In this document: positions 61,213-64,000 of the stretch, in pieces | Position numbering within the stretch: the stretch's first letter is position 1 | Layout of the letters: the number at the start of each line of letters is the position of its first letter | Assembly (NCBI GenBank): GCA_964016885.1 | Contig: OZ024757.1 | Location: forward strand, 14,074,001-14,138,000 | From: Eledone cirrhosa | Taxonomy: Eukaryota | Reading direction: 5' to 3' | DNA: 64,000 nt | Notes under the pieces: generated by a model | What the model was told of the DNA's origin: nothing | The model's input: the letters and a program-made list of their open reading frames with translations, nothing else | Database searches by the model: none | Program-made: the position numbers and the translations under genes

Positions 61213-62155
61213 ATATATATATATATATATTGTATATATATATATATTGTATATATATATATATTGTAAATATATATATATATATATATATATATTGTAT
61301 ATATATATATATAATTATATATATATATATATTGTATATATATATATAATTATATATATATATATATTGTATATATATATATATATTGTATATATATATA
61401 TAATTATATATATATATATTGTATATATATATATAATTATATATATATTTATATATTGTATATATATAATTATATATATATATATTATATATATATATTG
61501 TGTATATATATATATATATAATTATATATATATTTATATAAATATTGTATATATATATATATATATAATTATATATATATTTATATATATTTATATATTG
61601 TATATATATATAATTATATATATATATATTATATATATATATATATTGTATATATATAATTATATATATATATTATATATATATATATTGTATATATATA
61701 TATTGTATATATATAATTATATATATATATTATATATATATATATTGTATATATATATATTATATATATATATATTGTATATATATATAATTATATATAT
61801 ATATTATATATGTATATATATTGTATATATATATATAATTATATATATATTTATATATTATATGTATATAGATATATATATTGTGTATATATATATATAT
61901 ATAATTATATATATATTTAAATATTGTATATATATAATTATATATATATATTACATATATATATATATATATATAGTATATATATATATAATTATATAAA
62001 TATATAATATATTTATATATTGTATATATATAATTATATATATATATTATATATATATATATTGTATATATATATATATAATTATATATATATTTATATA
62101 TTGTATATATATATAATTATATATATATATTATATATATATATATAATTATATAG
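60993..62155. repeat. (TA)n/TATTG microsatellite
   Basis: Direct inspection. Confidence 0.95.
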
Positions 62156-62193
62156 TATTTACGTATCGAGAAAGAGAAAAAAAGGGGGGATAG

Positions 62194-62811
62194 GTGATAT
62201 ATATAGTTATTTGCCAAGTAGCGTATGCATGTCGTATACATGACGTGCGGAATAACAATCGCACCATCCCGCGTGCTGTGGGTTGTAATTGTGCTAACGA
62301 CAGCTGCGGTAGCGTAGGTAACAACGTAGGCAGCAACAATGATAGCCTTACCGTGGGAAATAGACGGAACCGCGACAGAAATTGCAACTGCCGCGACAGA
62401 GGACGCTGCCCCCTTAGAGGATACTGCTTGACTGATAGGGTTATATATAGATGCACTATTACTAGCCACAATAGCGTTAAACATTATATAGGGGCCACCT
62501 CCGGCCCGTTCAAAATTAGGTTTCGAACACATCTCCACTCTTTCACAAATAGAAAACTAAGGCACTCCACTTCGCTCGCGGACTACATCACATCACTAAA
62601 GGACTTAAACATCAGCTTCTCCACGCACTGGGAGATTGTCGGCAGGGCTGCACCGTATTACTTCAAGAGGAAATGCGATCTTTGCCTCATGGAGCTCTAC
62701 CACATCATAACTGCACCCCACGAGCTCATCAACAGCAGAGCTGAAACAGCGATATGTTGTACACATCGCTTAAAAATATCCTTCTTCAGATGGGATAAGG
62801 ATAAAGAGTGA
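62194..62811 (+). pseudogene. 5'-truncated PLE GIY-YIG endonuclease (second family)
   Basis: CNCRDRGRCPLRGYCL..VIY...YIG...FKIRFRTH..SF...CDLC..E...IN.R.E...CCTH. Confidence 0.88.
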
Positions 62812-63107
62812 AATAGTACACTGGATCTCCTTGCAACAAGTCTTAACACCCCGGCGGGCAGGCGCTGCAAAATAACACCCAGAAAACAATCCTTGCATAC
62901 CAGACCCAGCCTCAGACAAACGGATGCGGCAAAAAAAAAAAAAAAAAAAAATTGTCCGGGAAAGACTGCCCTAACACCGGCAAGAGTTACCTCCCTTGAC
63001 CTGCTGCAAAATCAAAACAAGATATTTTTGCGAGCAATGAACCTTGATGTGGATTTAACCCCCAAAACTCTTTCCGAGCAATATAAGGAACACTTGTGAT
63101 TATTTAT

Positions 63108-63145
63108 GCCCTTGAGAAGCCCAACTGGGCGAAACGTACGTAGGT
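63108..63145 (+). ncRNA. Hammerhead with U3-A8 core in the PLE 3' region
   Basis: CC-UUGAGAA-GCCC aacu GGGC-GAAA-CGUACG-UA-GG; same sense as the GIY-YIG ORF. Confidence 0.75.
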
Positions 63146-63461
63146 GATATTTTAAATAAACATGTTTTAACGGTCTAGTCTCCGATTTTTTATTTTTTAC
63201 TTTCCCACGTATATATAATTATATATATATTTATATATATATTTATATATTGTATATACATAATTATATATATATTTTATATATATATATATATATATAA
63301 TTATATATATATATTTATATATATATTTATATATTGTATATATGTAATTATATATATATTATATATATATATATTTATTAAAATAACAGATTAACGGTTC
63401 TTATATATTTCATATATATTTATCCTAATCTTTGGATTTTAGTCTTCAAATTTATTATTAT

Positions 63462-63514
<53 letters not shown>

Positions 63515-63659
63515 ATATATATATATAATTATATATATATTTATATATATATTTTTATATTTTATATATATAATTATATATATATATTATATATATATAT
63601 ATTGTATATATATATATATAATTATATATATATTTATATTGTATATATATATATATATA

Positions 63660-64000
63660 AAATACGTAGTTTAGAAAGCCACAACAATGCAGAGGGAAAT
63701 CTCGAGGTAGGAAGTGAATGATAGATAGGAGAATAGGATAAAGTGAAAATTGAGAGAGACAAAGATGAAAACAAAACAAAGGTAGAAGGGTTACCGTAGT
63801 GGAGATTTAATCCCAATATTTCGGGCTCACGCCCATCAACGGGGGAAAGTTCCAAAAGGGGGGGGGGAACAGGCTAAGCGGAGAAAGTTGTGATGTCGTT
63901 AAACGATCTCCTTGTCGTTAAACGACATCACAACTTTCTCCGCTTAGCCTGTTCCCCCCCTTTTGGAACTTTCCCCCGTTGATGGGCGTGAGCCCGAAAT
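63660..64000. mobile_element. Fold-back element with an HHR-like motif (63811-63846 on -; mirror copy cut by the window end)
   Basis: Inverted arms around ~63910; UCCC-CCGUUGA-u-GGGC guga GCCC-GAAA-UA-UU-GGGA. Confidence 0.65.

Overview
Very AT-rich, repeat-dominated animal genomic DNA. The (TA)n/(TATG)n load plus CORE-type and Meta-type SINEs suggests an octopod cephalopod; that assignment is inference. Almost all ORF-track entries are microsatellite artefacts. Credible coding content is one intronless FGFR-like three-Ig gene (34457-35677, -), a near-intact Tx1/L1 ORF2 (49896-53333, -), two Penelope-like element (PLE) remnants and an R4/Dong-like endonuclease fragment. The main unexplained signal is RNA-level. 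An 11.2-kb, near-identical 466-bp tandem array (2515-13735) carries a complete type I hammerhead ribozyme (HHR) in every unit, 23 in total. The unit folds with G.U wobbles only on the ribozyme strand, is arranged head-to-head with the switch exactly at catalytic G12, and shows a 7-unit higher-order period, like a retrozyme/viroid-like circRNA concatemer. Beside it is a PLE with its own HHR. About seven further unrelated short HHR-bearing families are scattered through (TA)n tracts, often as fold-back palindromes, including U3-A8 covariant cores and one odd CCGUUGA core. All folds were read by eye; none was computed or tested.
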